Positions 56,160 through 64,000 of a stretch of DNA of 64,000 nucleotides are shown piece after piece. Both the position numbers and the translations under genes were made by a program. The DNA is from Rhabdothermincola salaria (GTDB taxonomy: Bacteria > Actinomycetota > Acidimicrobiia > Acidimicrobiales > Acidimicrobilacustridaceae), in contig NZ_JAJQXW010000002.1 of NCBI RefSeq assembly GCF_021246445.1, positions 1-64,000 on the forward strand, read 5' to 3'. The stretch's first letter is position 1. Every line of letters begins with the position of its first letter. The notes under the pieces are model-generated. The model searched no databases, had not been told where the DNA came from, and saw nothing but the letters and a program-made list of their open reading frames with translations.

Positions 56160-57131
56160 ATGGACTTTGCACTCTCCGACGACCAACGCGACCTGACCGA
56201 CATGATCCGGCGCTTCGCCGACGACCGCTTCCCCACCGAGACCGTGCGCGCCTTCGGCGAGCCCGGCGGCTTCGACCGCGCCCGCTGGGGCGAGCTGGCC
56301 GCGCTGGGCACCTTCGGCATCGCCCTCCCCGAGGACGACGGCGGCGTGGGCCTGCCGGTCGTCGACATGGTCCTGGTGCACGAGACCCTGGGCGGGGCGC
56401 TGACCCCCGGCCCGCTGGTGGCCGCCAGCCTCCTGGCCGGTCTCGTCCCCGGCGTCCTCGAGGGCGAGGTCGTGCCCGCCATCGTCGACCGGCCCACCCA
56501 CGGGCCCATCGTCGTCGAGCACCTCCGCGACGCCGACGTCCTCGTCGTCGTCGACGACGACGGCCTGCGGGTGCTGCCCGCCGCTGCGGTCACCGCCCGC
56601 CACATCGACCACCCCACCGATCCGGCCACGCCCGTCTCGGTCGTGGAAGCCCTCCCCGACGAGGCCCCCATCGGCGGCGCCGCCCTCGTCGCCCGCCTCC
56701 GCCTGCTGGGCTCGCTCTACGCCTCGGCCCAGCTGGTCGGGAACTCCGAGGCCAGCACCACGCTGGCCGTCGAGTACGCCAAGGAGCGCCACCAGTTCGG
56801 GCGTCCCATCGGTTCGTTCCAGGGCCTCAAGCACCTGTTGGCCGACTGCCTGGTGCGCACCGAGGTGGCCCGCTCCTCGGTGTGGGCCGCCGGCGTGATC
56901 GCGGACGAGCCCGAGGCCGGAGACCTGGCCCGGGCGGTGGCCGGCGCCCGGGTGCTGGCCGCCAAGGCCGGCACCGAGAACGCCAAGACCGGCATCCAGG
57001 TGCACGGCGGCATGGGCTTCACCTGGGAGGTCGACGCCCACCTCTTCCTGAAGCGGGCATGGGTCCTCGAGACCCAGTTCGGCGACCCCGACGGGGCCGC
57101 CGAGGCCGTGGCCGACACCCTCGTCGGGTAG
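56160..57131 (+). CDS. Acyl-CoA dehydrogenase, short partner subunit (FadE18-like)
   Basis: RHQFGRPIGSFQ, HGGMGFTWE; starts 1 nt after the previous gene. Confidence 0.9.
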   Translation: MDFALSDDQRDLTDMIRRFADDRFPTETVRAFGEPGGFDRARWGELAALGTFGIALPEDDGGVGLPVVDMVLVHETLGGALTPGPLVAASLLAGLVPGVLEGEVVPAIVDRPTHGPIVVEHLRDADVLVVVDDDGLRVLPAAAVTARHIDHPTDPATPVSVVEALPDEAPIGGAALVARLRLLGSLYASAQLVGNSEASTTLAVEYAKERHQFGRPIGSFQGLKHLLADCLVRTEVARSSVWAAGVIADEPEAGDLARAVAGARVLAAKAGTENAKTGIQVHGGMGFTWEVDAHLFLKRAWVLETQFGDPDGAAEAVADTLVG

Positions 57132-57134
57132 CGC

Positions 57135-57181
57135 GCGCCCGCCCGCCGATCGGCGCCCGATCGGGGCCGGGCGGGCGGGCG
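57135..57181. terminator. GC-rich hairpin between convergent genes
   Basis: CGCCCGCCCG ... CGGGCGGGCG arms with an inner CCGATCGG pair. Confidence 0.5.
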
Positions 57182-57183
57182 GA

Positions 57184-58182
57184 TCAGCCGGTGACGAGCT
57201 CGGTGGCCCGGCGCAGGAAGCGCAGGGCCTGATCGCCCACCATGTCCATGGCGGGCCGGGTCGGATCCTTCAGCGAGCGCTGGTAGATGCCCTCGAGCAG
57301 CACCGTCATGCGGAAGTTGTAGAGGACCTGGTGGTAGCGCAGCGGTGGGACCTCGATCCCGCGACGGGCCGCGTAGCGCTCCACGATCTCGGCCCGGTCG
57401 GGCCACCCGTCGGCCGGGTCCGTCATGGGGGCCCAGATCTCGCAGTAGCCGGCCAGGTCGAGCAACGGATCGCCGATGGTGGACGTCTCCCAATCGAGGA
57501 TGGCACTCACCCGGGCCGGCCGGTCCGGGCCCACCAGCACGTTCATCATGTGGTAGTCGCCGTGCATGATCGTGGGCACGAAGCTCGTGGGACGGTGACC
57601 GTCGAGCCATCGGCCGATCTCGTCGGTGCCCGGCATGTCCCGCCCCTCGTAGGACTCGAGCTGGCCCACCCACCGTGACACCTGGCGGTCGTGGAACCCG
57701 GCGGTGCGGTCGAGGTCGCCCAGTCCGGCGGCGCGCCAGTCGACGTCGTGCAGGGCGGCGAGCGCGTCGACCATGGCCTCGGTGATGGCGCGCCGGCCTG
57801 CAGGGTCGTCGAACGCAGGGGGCAAGGAAGCGGGCATCGGGTTGAAGCCCTCGACCCGGGCCATCAGGTAGAAGGCGCAACCGAGCACCTCGTTGTCGTC
57901 GCAGAAGGCCACCGCCTCCGGGTGCGGGACGTCGGTCCCGGCGAGGGCCGAGAGGAAGCGGAACTCCCGCCGCATGCCCTCGTCGGCCCGGTCCACGGCC
58001 ACCTGGGCCGGACGGCGCAACACGTACGTGTGCCCCCCTCGATGGACGAGGAACATGGCGTTGGACGCGCCCCCGACCAGCGGCTCCACCGCCAGCGCGT
58101 TCCCGGGCGCCACCCCCGCCTGGTCGAGCCACGGGGCGAGACGCTCGGGATCGGCGAGCGTCAGGTCATCCACCTCGGCCAC
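57184..58182 (-). CDS. APH family phosphotransferase (ACAD10/11 kinase-like)
   Basis: GGASN, YVLRRP, REFR, HGDYHMMN, LDWETSTIGDPL. Confidence 0.88.
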   Translation of the reverse strand: MAEVDDLTLADPERLAPWLDQAGVAPGNALAVEPLVGGASNAMFLVHRGGHTYVLRRPAQVAVDRADEGMRREFRFLSALAGTDVPHPEAVAFCDDNEVLGCAFYLMARVEGFNPMPASLPPAFDDPAGRRAITEAMVDALAALHDVDWRAAGLGDLDRTAGFHDRQVSRWVGQLESYEGRDMPGTDEIGRWLDGHRPTSFVPTIMHGDYHMMNVLVGPDRPARVSAILDWETSTIGDPLLDLAGYCEIWAPMTDPADGWPDRAEIVERYAARRGIEVPPLRYHQVLYNFRMTVLLEGIYQRSLKDPTRPAMDMVGDQALRFLRRATELVTG

Positions 58183-58259
58183 GCCAGTGCTCCTCTCCAA
58201 CGGCCTCGACCACCAGCATGGCCGGTCGAGGCCGCGAGGCCGTGCCTGATCACGTGGTG

Positions 58260-59048
58260 CTACCTCGGTCCGAAGCGCAGGCCCCCGTCGATGCGGGCGA
58301 CGTGGCCGTTCAGGTACCGGTTCTCGACCAGGTGCTGCACCAGGCGGGCGAACTCGTCGGGGTGCCCCAGTCGGTGCGGGAAGGGGACGGTGGCCGCCAG
58401 CTGGTCGCGCAGCTCCGCCGGCGCCTGGGCCCAGCCGGCCGTGTCCATGACCCCGGGAGCGACGGCGTTGACCCGGATGCCCTGGCTGGAGAGGTCTCGG
58501 GCGGCGATGAGCGTCATGCCCAGCAGCGCCGACTTGGCCGACCCGTAGGCGATCTGGCCGATCTGGCCCTCGAAGGCGGCACCGGAGGTCACCAGCACGA
58601 CGGCCCCCCGCTCGCCGTCGGGGTCGGGCTCGAGCGCGCTCATGGCCACCGCCGCCAGGCGCAGCGTGTTGAACGTGCCCACCACGTTGAGGTCGAGGGT
58701 CTGGGTGAAGGAGTCGAGCGGGTGGGGGTTGCCCTTGCGGTCGACCACCCGCGAGGCCGGGGCCCCACCTCCCGCGCAGGCCACCGCGATGCGCAGCCCG
58801 CCGAGGTCGGCGGCGGCGTCGACCGCGCGCTGGGTGTCGTCGGCATCGATGACGCTGCCGGCCACGGCCGCCACCCGATCCCCGAGGTCGGCCGCCACGG
58901 CGTCGAGCCCCTCCGCGTTCAGGTCGAACAGCACGACCGGATGGCCGAGGGCGTGGAGGTGCCGAGCGGTGGCCTCGCCGAGCCCGGAGGCGGCGCCGGT
59001 GACGAGAGCGACGCGGTTCGTCGGGTCGGGGACGGTGGGAGCGGTCAT
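58260..59048 (-). CDS. SDR, 3-hydroxyacyl-CoA dehydrogenase type II (HSD10-like)
   Basis: TGAASGLG, GTFNTLRL, AAFEGQIGQIAYGSAK, ARDLS. Confidence 0.88.
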   Translation of the reverse strand: MTAPTVPDPTNRVALVTGAASGLGEATARHLHALGHPVVLFDLNAEGLDAVAADLGDRVAAVAGSVIDADDTQRAVDAAADLGGLRIAVACAGGGAPASRVVDRKGNPHPLDSFTQTLDLNVVGTFNTLRLAAVAMSALEPDPDGERGAVVLVTSGAAFEGQIGQIAYGSAKSALLGMTLIAARDLSSQGIRVNAVAPGVMDTAGWAQAPAELRDQLAATVPFPHRLGHPDEFARLVQHLVENRYLNGHVARIDGGLRFGPR

Positions 59049-59133
59049 GGGTTCCTCACGGGGGACGGGCCCGACGAGAGCGACGACCGACCCAGGGGCC
59101 GGCGCCACCGGGTGGGCGGGCGGCGGATCGGGG

Positions 59134-59805
59134 TCAGCGGGCGGCGAGGTCGCGCTCGCCCGTGTCGGCGAACAGGCCGCGCCCGTCGAGCAGCGCCACC
59201 ACGGCGTCGCCCTGGCGGGCCAGCACCCGGCGGAACTCCTCGGCGGCGGCGTCGGCATCGCCGGCCTCGAGGCTGCGGGTGACGGCGGCCAGCCCCTCGC
59301 GCTGGGTCTCGAGGGCTCCGGGCACCACCGCGAAGAAGTTGCCGGGCACGATGCTGGTCATGACCCGGGCGACGGAGCGCAGGCGGGGAGCCCGGGCCGC
59401 CCGGTGCAGCGCACCGAGGAAGGCCCGGTTGGCGAGGTTGAAGGCCTCGGGGTCCTGGGCGGCCGCGACGTCGGCCGATGCGGCCACGATGTCGGCCATG
59501 CCGGCGGCGTCGCCCCGCTCGACCACCCGGCGGGCCACGAGGGCGAAGATCGAGCCGAACAGCTCGTAGTGGTCGCGGACGTAGTCGGGATCGAGGCCGT
59601 TGACGTACGCGCCCCGATGGGGCTCGATGGTGACCCATCCCTCGCGGTCGAGGGCGATGATGGCTTCGCGCACCGGGATGCGGCTCACACCGAGGTTCTC
59701 GGCGATCTCGTCCTGACGCACACGGTCACCCGGACGCAGGTCGCCGTCGAACACCATCCGGCGGATGTGGGCGGCGACCTGGTCACCACTGCTGCGTCGG
59801 TCCAT
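59134..59805 (-). CDS. GntR family regulator (FCD domain)
   Basis: LRPGDRV, LGVSRIPVREA, PHRGAYV; TATACT 6 nt before the ATG. Confidence 0.93.
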   Translation of the reverse strand: MDRRSSGDQVAAHIRRMVFDGDLRPGDRVRQDEIAENLGVSRIPVREAIIALDREGWVTIEPHRGAYVNGLDPDYVRDHYELFGSIFALVARRVVERGDAAGMADIVAASADVAAAQDPEAFNLANRAFLGALHRAARAPRLRSVARVMTSIVPGNFFAVVPGALETQREGLAAVTRSLEAGDADAAAEEFRRVLARQGDAVVALLDGRGLFADTGERDLAAR

Positions 59806-59810
59806 CGGGC

Positions 59811-59834
59811 GAGTATACGAAATATCAAATCCAA
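59811..59834. promoter_or_regulatory. Tandem half-sites over the gntR promoter (site F)
   Basis: TATACGA-AATATCA-AATCCAA at 7-nt spacing, overlapping the -10. Confidence 0.5.
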
Positions 59835-59904
59835 CCTTGGCCGATGGCGGGGCCGGGCGCTCCGGCCCCGGCCCCACCATCGGCGAAGACCAGGGGTCTG
59901 CGCC

Positions 59905-60747
59905 TCAGGCGAAGGTGCAGCGGCCGGTGTCGATGACCACCCGGCCGTCGCCGCCCTTGGTCTGGAAGACCGCCTCGCCCGCGGCGTCGGACCAGATCTC
60001 GACGGTGAGCTCCTCGCCCGGGAGGACCGGCTTGGCGAAGCGGCCCGTCATGGAGGTGAACCGGGCGGGGTCGCCTTCGCAGAGGCTGTGCAGCAAGGCC
60101 CGTCCGGTGAAGCCGTACGTGCACAAGCCGTGGAGGATGGGCCGGTCGAAGCCGCCCTTGGCCGCGAACGTGGGATCGGAGTGCAGCGGGTTGCGATCGC
60201 CGGAGAGGCGGTAGAGCAGGGCCTGGTCGGGACGAGTGGCGTAGGTGACCACGTGGTCGGGCGCCCGTTCCGGCGGGGTGGCGTCGGTCGAGGGCCCACG
60301 GTCGCCGCCCCAGCCGCCCTCGCCCCGGATGAACAGCGAGGTGGTGTTCTTGAACAGCGGCTTGCCCGTGGCCACGTCGGTGGAGACCACGTCGGCCACG
60401 ACGAGCGCACCGGAGCCCTTGTCGTAGATGCCGGTGATCGTGCCCTGGTTGGAGACGGTGCCCTCGACCGGGATCTCGCCGTACAGCTCGATGGCCTGGG
60501 AGCCGTGGACCAGCATGGCCGGGTTGAACGAGCCGATCTCGCGCAGGGCACCGGTGCCCCCGAGCATCAACACGACCGCCATGGTGGGCAGCACCCGTTG
60601 GGGCGTGTCGGCGGTGTTCTCGGTGGTGAACTGCAGCTCGTCGGTGCCGGCGCCCACGCCGAGGGCGTAGAGGAGGGCGTCCTTGGAGGTCCAGCTCTGC
60701 TCGACCGGGTCGGCGGTGGCGCCGACGGCGTCGGGGTTGATGGGCAT
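59905..60747 (-). CDS. (R)-specific enoyl-CoA hydratase 2 (MaoC double hot-dog)
   Basis: LYALGVGAG, LVHGSQ, YRLSGDRNPLH, ILHGLCTYG. Confidence 0.92.
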   Translation of the reverse strand: MPINPDAVGATADPVEQSWTSKDALLYALGVGAGTDELQFTTENTADTPQRVLPTMAVVLMLGGTGALREIGSFNPAMLVHGSQAIELYGEIPVEGTVSNQGTITGIYDKGSGALVVADVVSTDVATGKPLFKNTTSLFIRGEGGWGGDRGPSTDATPPERAPDHVVTYATRPDQALLYRLSGDRNPLHSDPTFAAKGGFDRPILHGLCTYGFTGRALLHSLCEGDPARFTSMTGRFAKPVLPGEELTVEIWSDAAGEAVFQTKGGDGRVVIDTGRCTFA

Positions 60748-60777
60748 CTCAGCTCCTGGGTCGTTCGGTGACGACGA

Positions 60778-61431
60778 TCATGGCACCCGGAAGGCACCGT
60801 CGACGATGGCGTGGAGCTCGTCGAGCGACATGCGGCCCGCCGACGATCCGCCGACCACCTCCGGGTCGATGCCCTGGAAGGCCTGCACCAGACCGCTCAG
60901 CACCCGGGCCATGGCCCACGGGTCTCCCGGGCGGATGGACCGCTCGCGCTGGCCCCGTGCCATCACGTCGGCCTGCAGCGAGATGACCCGCTGGAGGTTG
61001 CCGGACAGCTCCGGGGACCGGGGGATCTCCGGCGACAGCACCGTGGTGCCGGCCGAGCGCAGGTAGAGCCGCCCGAAGTGCGGGTGGGCCCGGAAGAAGC
61101 CGACCTCGAAGTCGACGATGCGGTGCAGGGCGTCGAGGGCATCGGCGGCGGCGGCGACCGCGGCCTCGATGCCGGGGGTGAAGTCCGCCCCCCGCCGCAG
61201 CCAGATGCTCAGGAACAGGTCGTCTTTGTTGGCGAAGAAGGAGTAGACCGACCCCACCGAGTACTCGGCGAGGCCGGCCACCTCCTTCAGCGTGGTGTCG
61301 TGGAACCCCTTGGCCCCGAAGACCTCCTCGGCCGCGTCGAGCAGCTGCTGGCGCGCCAGCTCCTGCTGGCGGGCCCGGCGTTGCTCACGGCGGCCGGCGA
61401 CGTCGAGGGCGGCTTCGGGCTGGGGGGTCAC
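60778..61431 (-). CDS. TetR/AcrR family regulator
   Basis: LLDAAEEVFGAKGFHDTTLKEVA...VGSVYSFFANKDDL. Confidence 0.93.
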   Translation of the reverse strand: MTPQPEAALDVAGRREQRRARQQELARQQLLDAAEEVFGAKGFHDTTLKEVAGLAEYSVGSVYSFFANKDDLFLSIWLRRGADFTPGIEAAVAAAADALDALHRIVDFEVGFFRAHPHFGRLYLRSAGTTVLSPEIPRSPELSGNLQRVISLQADVMARGQRERSIRPGDPWAMARVLSGLVQAFQGIDPEVVGGSSAGRMSLDELHAIVDGAFRVP

Positions 61432-61467
61432 ACGATCACGGTCCGTCGGGGGTCGGCGCCGGCCGGG

Positions 61468-62811
61468 TCATCCGGCCGCGTTGTTGCTGGGCCACTCCGG
61501 GCGGTGGTAGCCGTCGAAGCGCAGCTCGCCGCCGCGCAGCTCCCGGATGGTGAGGAAGTCGCCCTTGTAGCCCTTGTGATCGTAGGGGCCGAACTGCACG
61601 TAGCAGCCCGGGCCACCGTTGGTGGCCGGCATCCAGCGGATCTTCTCGAGGCCCTCCTTCACCCAGCGCGGATGGGGGATGGCGGCGTTGGCGATGCCGT
61701 GGATGGCGGCCCGGGCGGTGTCGTAGGCGAGGGCGATGACCACGTTGCCGGTCTTGCGGCCGAAGCGCTTCTGGAACCGTTCGATCAGGGCGTTGTAGTT
61801 GGGGTTGGCCCCGTCCTCACCGAGCTGGTCGACCCCGTGCCAGCCCTCGAGGCCCTCGGCCCACTTGTTGGAGTTCGAATAGAACATGAAGGCGGTGCCC
61901 ATGACGCGGGGCGGATCCCAGTCGATGGCCTTGAACGCCTCGGCGAAGTGGAACGTGGCGTAGCCGTAGCCCCCGTAGTAGATGCCCTCGACACCGAGGT
62001 CGCGCATCATGGCGAGGTCGTCGGCGAGCCCCACCGGGTTGGGCTCGAGCTTCACCTCACGCACGACGGACATGCCCTGGCGCAGAGCCTCGTCGCGGAA
62101 GTAGTCGGCGTAGTCCTTGCCGGACGAGCCCGCCTCCCAGAACAGGCCGACCTTCTCGTGGCCCTGGGCGGCCAGCCACTGCGCGCACATCACGCCCTCG
62201 GTGGGGATGTCGCCGTTGGCGACGGTGAAGTTGTACTCCGAGGCGTACTTGTGGGCGCCCGTCCAGCCGATGCAGGCCACGCCGAGCTCGTTGGCGGTGT
62301 CCTGCACCACCAGGCAGTTGTCGGAGATCATCGGCCCGAGCACGACCACGCAGCCCTGCTCGACGAGCCACGTGTAGCCGTCGATGACCTTGCGGTAGTT
62401 CTCACGAGGGAGGCCGCGCGCGTCGGCGATGACGAGCTGGACGGGGCTGCGGGCCCACACCCCTTCGTTGAGGGCGTCCTCGATGGCGAGGATGGTCGGA
62501 TCGATCCAGTCGGCGAGCAGCTGGTTGAGGTCCATGTCGATGAGGATCCCGATCTTCACCGGCTCGAAGGGGTCCCCCTGGGTCTGCAGGCCACGCGTCG
62601 GCGGATAGATCGTGATGTTCTGCACGGCGTCGTCGACCGCCGGGCCCCCGCCCTGCCACCAGTACTGGGTGTCGGCCTCGCCGGAGCCCCCCTCGAGGTG
62701 GGCCCGGGTGCCGTGGGCCACGTTGGTGACGGCGCGGTCCTCCTGGGCGATGCCCAGGTCGACCGGGGCCGGGAACATCCGCTGGGCGTACTCGATCTCG
62801 TCGTTGCTCAC
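61468..62811 (-). CDS. Type I (LivJ/AmiC-like) solute-binding protein lacking a signal peptide
   Basis: VKIGIL, VVLGPMISD, ALAYD, LEKI; hydrophilic acidic N-terminus with no lipobox. Confidence 0.75.
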   Translation of the reverse strand: MSNDEIEYAQRMFPAPVDLGIAQEDRAVTNVAHGTRAHLEGGSGEADTQYWWQGGGPAVDDAVQNITIYPPTRGLQTQGDPFEPVKIGILIDMDLNQLLADWIDPTILAIEDALNEGVWARSPVQLVIADARGLPRENYRKVIDGYTWLVEQGCVVVLGPMISDNCLVVQDTANELGVACIGWTGAHKYASEYNFTVANGDIPTEGVMCAQWLAAQGHEKVGLFWEAGSSGKDYADYFRDEALRQGMSVVREVKLEPNPVGLADDLAMMRDLGVEGIYYGGYGYATFHFAEAFKAIDWDPPRVMGTAFMFYSNSNKWAEGLEGWHGVDQLGEDGANPNYNALIERFQKRFGRKTGNVVIALAYDTARAAIHGIANAAIPHPRWVKEGLEKIRWMPATNGGPGCYVQFGPYDHKGYKGDFLTIRELRGGELRFDGYHRPEWPSNNAAG

Positions 62812-62978
62812 TGGTTCCCCCGTGCTCGCGACGGCCTCTGCCGCCGAGGTGTGGCGCGGACCCACTCGGCTCCGCGGGCCCGAACGTAGCAGGGTTCAGT
62901 CAATTGAGTTACGGTTCACTCCACGAACGGGTGCGCGCCGCCGCGCACCCCGACTCCAGCCTGTAGGGGGCACCCACC

Positions 62979-64000
62979 ATGCATGCCGACGACCTGATCC
63001 TCATCAGCGTGGACGACCACCTGGTCGAGCCGCCCGACATGTTCGACGACCACACCCCCGCCAAGTGGAAGGACCGCTTCCCCCGCGTCGAGCGCAACGA
63101 CGCCGGCGACGACGTCTGGGTGTTCGAGGGCGCCACCATCCCCAACATCGGCCTCAACGCCGTGGCCGGCCGACCCAAGGAGGAGTACGGCATCGAGCCG
63201 ACGGCCTTCGACGAGATCCGCGAGGGGTGCTGGAACGTCCACGAGCGGGTCAAGGACATGGACGCCGGGGGCGTGCTCGGCTCCATGAACTTCCCGTCCT
63301 TCCCCGCCTTCAGCGGGCGCCTCTTCGCCGCCTGCGACGACAAGGACCTGGCCCTCGACGTGGTGCGGGCCTACAACGACTGGCACGTCGACGAGTGGTG
63401 CGGCGCCTACCCGGACCGCTTCATCCCCATGGGCCTGCCGGTGCTCTGGGACCCCGAGCTGGCCGCGGAGGAGGTCCGTCGTCTGGCGAAGAAGGGCGTG
63501 CACTCGCTCACCTTCACCGAGAACCCCTACACGCTGGGCTACCCGAGCTTCCACAGCGACCACTGGGACCCGCTCTGGAAGGCCGTGTGCGACACCGACA
63601 CCGTGCTGTCGATCCACCTCGGTTCGTCGGGGCAGCTGGCCATCACCGCCCCCGACGCGCCGGTCGACGTCATGATCACCCTGCAGCCCATGAACATCGC
63701 CTACGCGGCGGCGGACCTGCTGTGGTCGCGCATCCCCAAGCAGTTCCCCGACATCAGGATCGCCCTGTCCGAGGGCGGCACCGGCTGGATCCCCTACTTC
63801 CTCGACCGGGCCGACCGCACCTACGACATGCACCACCTCTGGACCGGCCAGGACTTCGGCGACCAGCGGCCGAGCGACATCTTCCGCAAGCACTTCCTCA
63901 CCTGCTTCATCGCCGACCCGGTGGGCGTCGGCCTCCGCGACGAGATCGGCATCGACAACATCGCCTGGGAGCTCGACTACCCGCACTCGGACTCCTCGTG
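62979..64000 (+). CDS. Amidohydrolase_2 family protein; runs off the window
   Basis: Manual translation: MHADDLILISVDDHLVEPP...AYNDW...SIHLGSSG...SEGGTGW...WELDYPHSDS. Confidence 0.92.
   Translation, partial: MHADDLILISVDDHLVEPPDMFDDHTPAKWKDRFPRVERNDAGDDVWVFEGATIPNIGLNAVAGRPKEEYGIEPTAFDEIREGCWNVHERVKDMDAGGVLGSMNFPSFPAFSGRLFAACDDKDLALDVVRAYNDWHVDEWCGAYPDRFIPMGLPVLWDPELAAEEVRRLAKKGVHSLTFTENPYTLGYPSFHSDHWDPLWKAVCDTDTVLSIHLGSSGQLAITAPDAPVDVMITLQPMNIAYAAADLLWSRIPKQFPDIRIALSEGGTGWIPYFLDRADRTYDMHHLWTGQDFGDQRPSDIFRKHFLTCFIADPVGVGLRDEIGIDNIAWELDYPHSDSS

Noticed and set aside
20217..64000. Canonical KstR cholesterol regulon
   Set aside because: No ring-degradation genes were recognised and no clear TnnAACnnGTTnnA box was seen by eye; not excluded without a scan.
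1..64000. tRNA, rRNA, riboswitch, IS or prophage genes, selenocysteine recoding
   Set aside because: None was recognised, and CDS appear full length without internal TGA. Structured RNAs in the longer spacers (7381-7622, 33618-33930) cannot be excluded without Infernal.

Overview
Very GC-rich actinobacterial chromosomal DNA; the gene repertoire suggests Acidimicrobiia (inference only). About 60 CDS. No rRNA, tRNA, CRISPR array or intact transposase was seen. 1-20 kb is mixed: a DUF222 N-terminus, a decayed HTH/PIN toxin-antitoxin remnant, an ECF sigma factor fused to a zinc-binding anti-sigma domain, cysD-cysNC with a Cys-free Rrf2 regulator, the ehuBCDA ectoine ABC transporter, an SCP2-PhyH fusion, an RDD protein with 17 nonapeptide repeats, corA and an MmpL. 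20-64 kb is a CoA-dependent catabolic supercluster of unknown substrate (CoA ligases, acyl-CoA dehydrogenases, non-canonical crotonases, MaoC hydratases, SDRs, thiolase, P450, ALDH, three amidohydrolases, two APH-type kinases, NIPSNAP, GntR, TetR, and a solute-binding protein with no signal peptide). It is interrupted by a small accessory islet (Vgb-like lipoprotein, orphan ORF, RHH-Doc toxin-antitoxin pair) and a DEAD-box helicase. The main non-coding signal is a recurring 7-3-7 palindrome in five promoter regions of the cluster, with related half-sites in the promoter of the GntR gene, which suggests a local regulon. All family calls come from motif recognition by eye, not from database searches.
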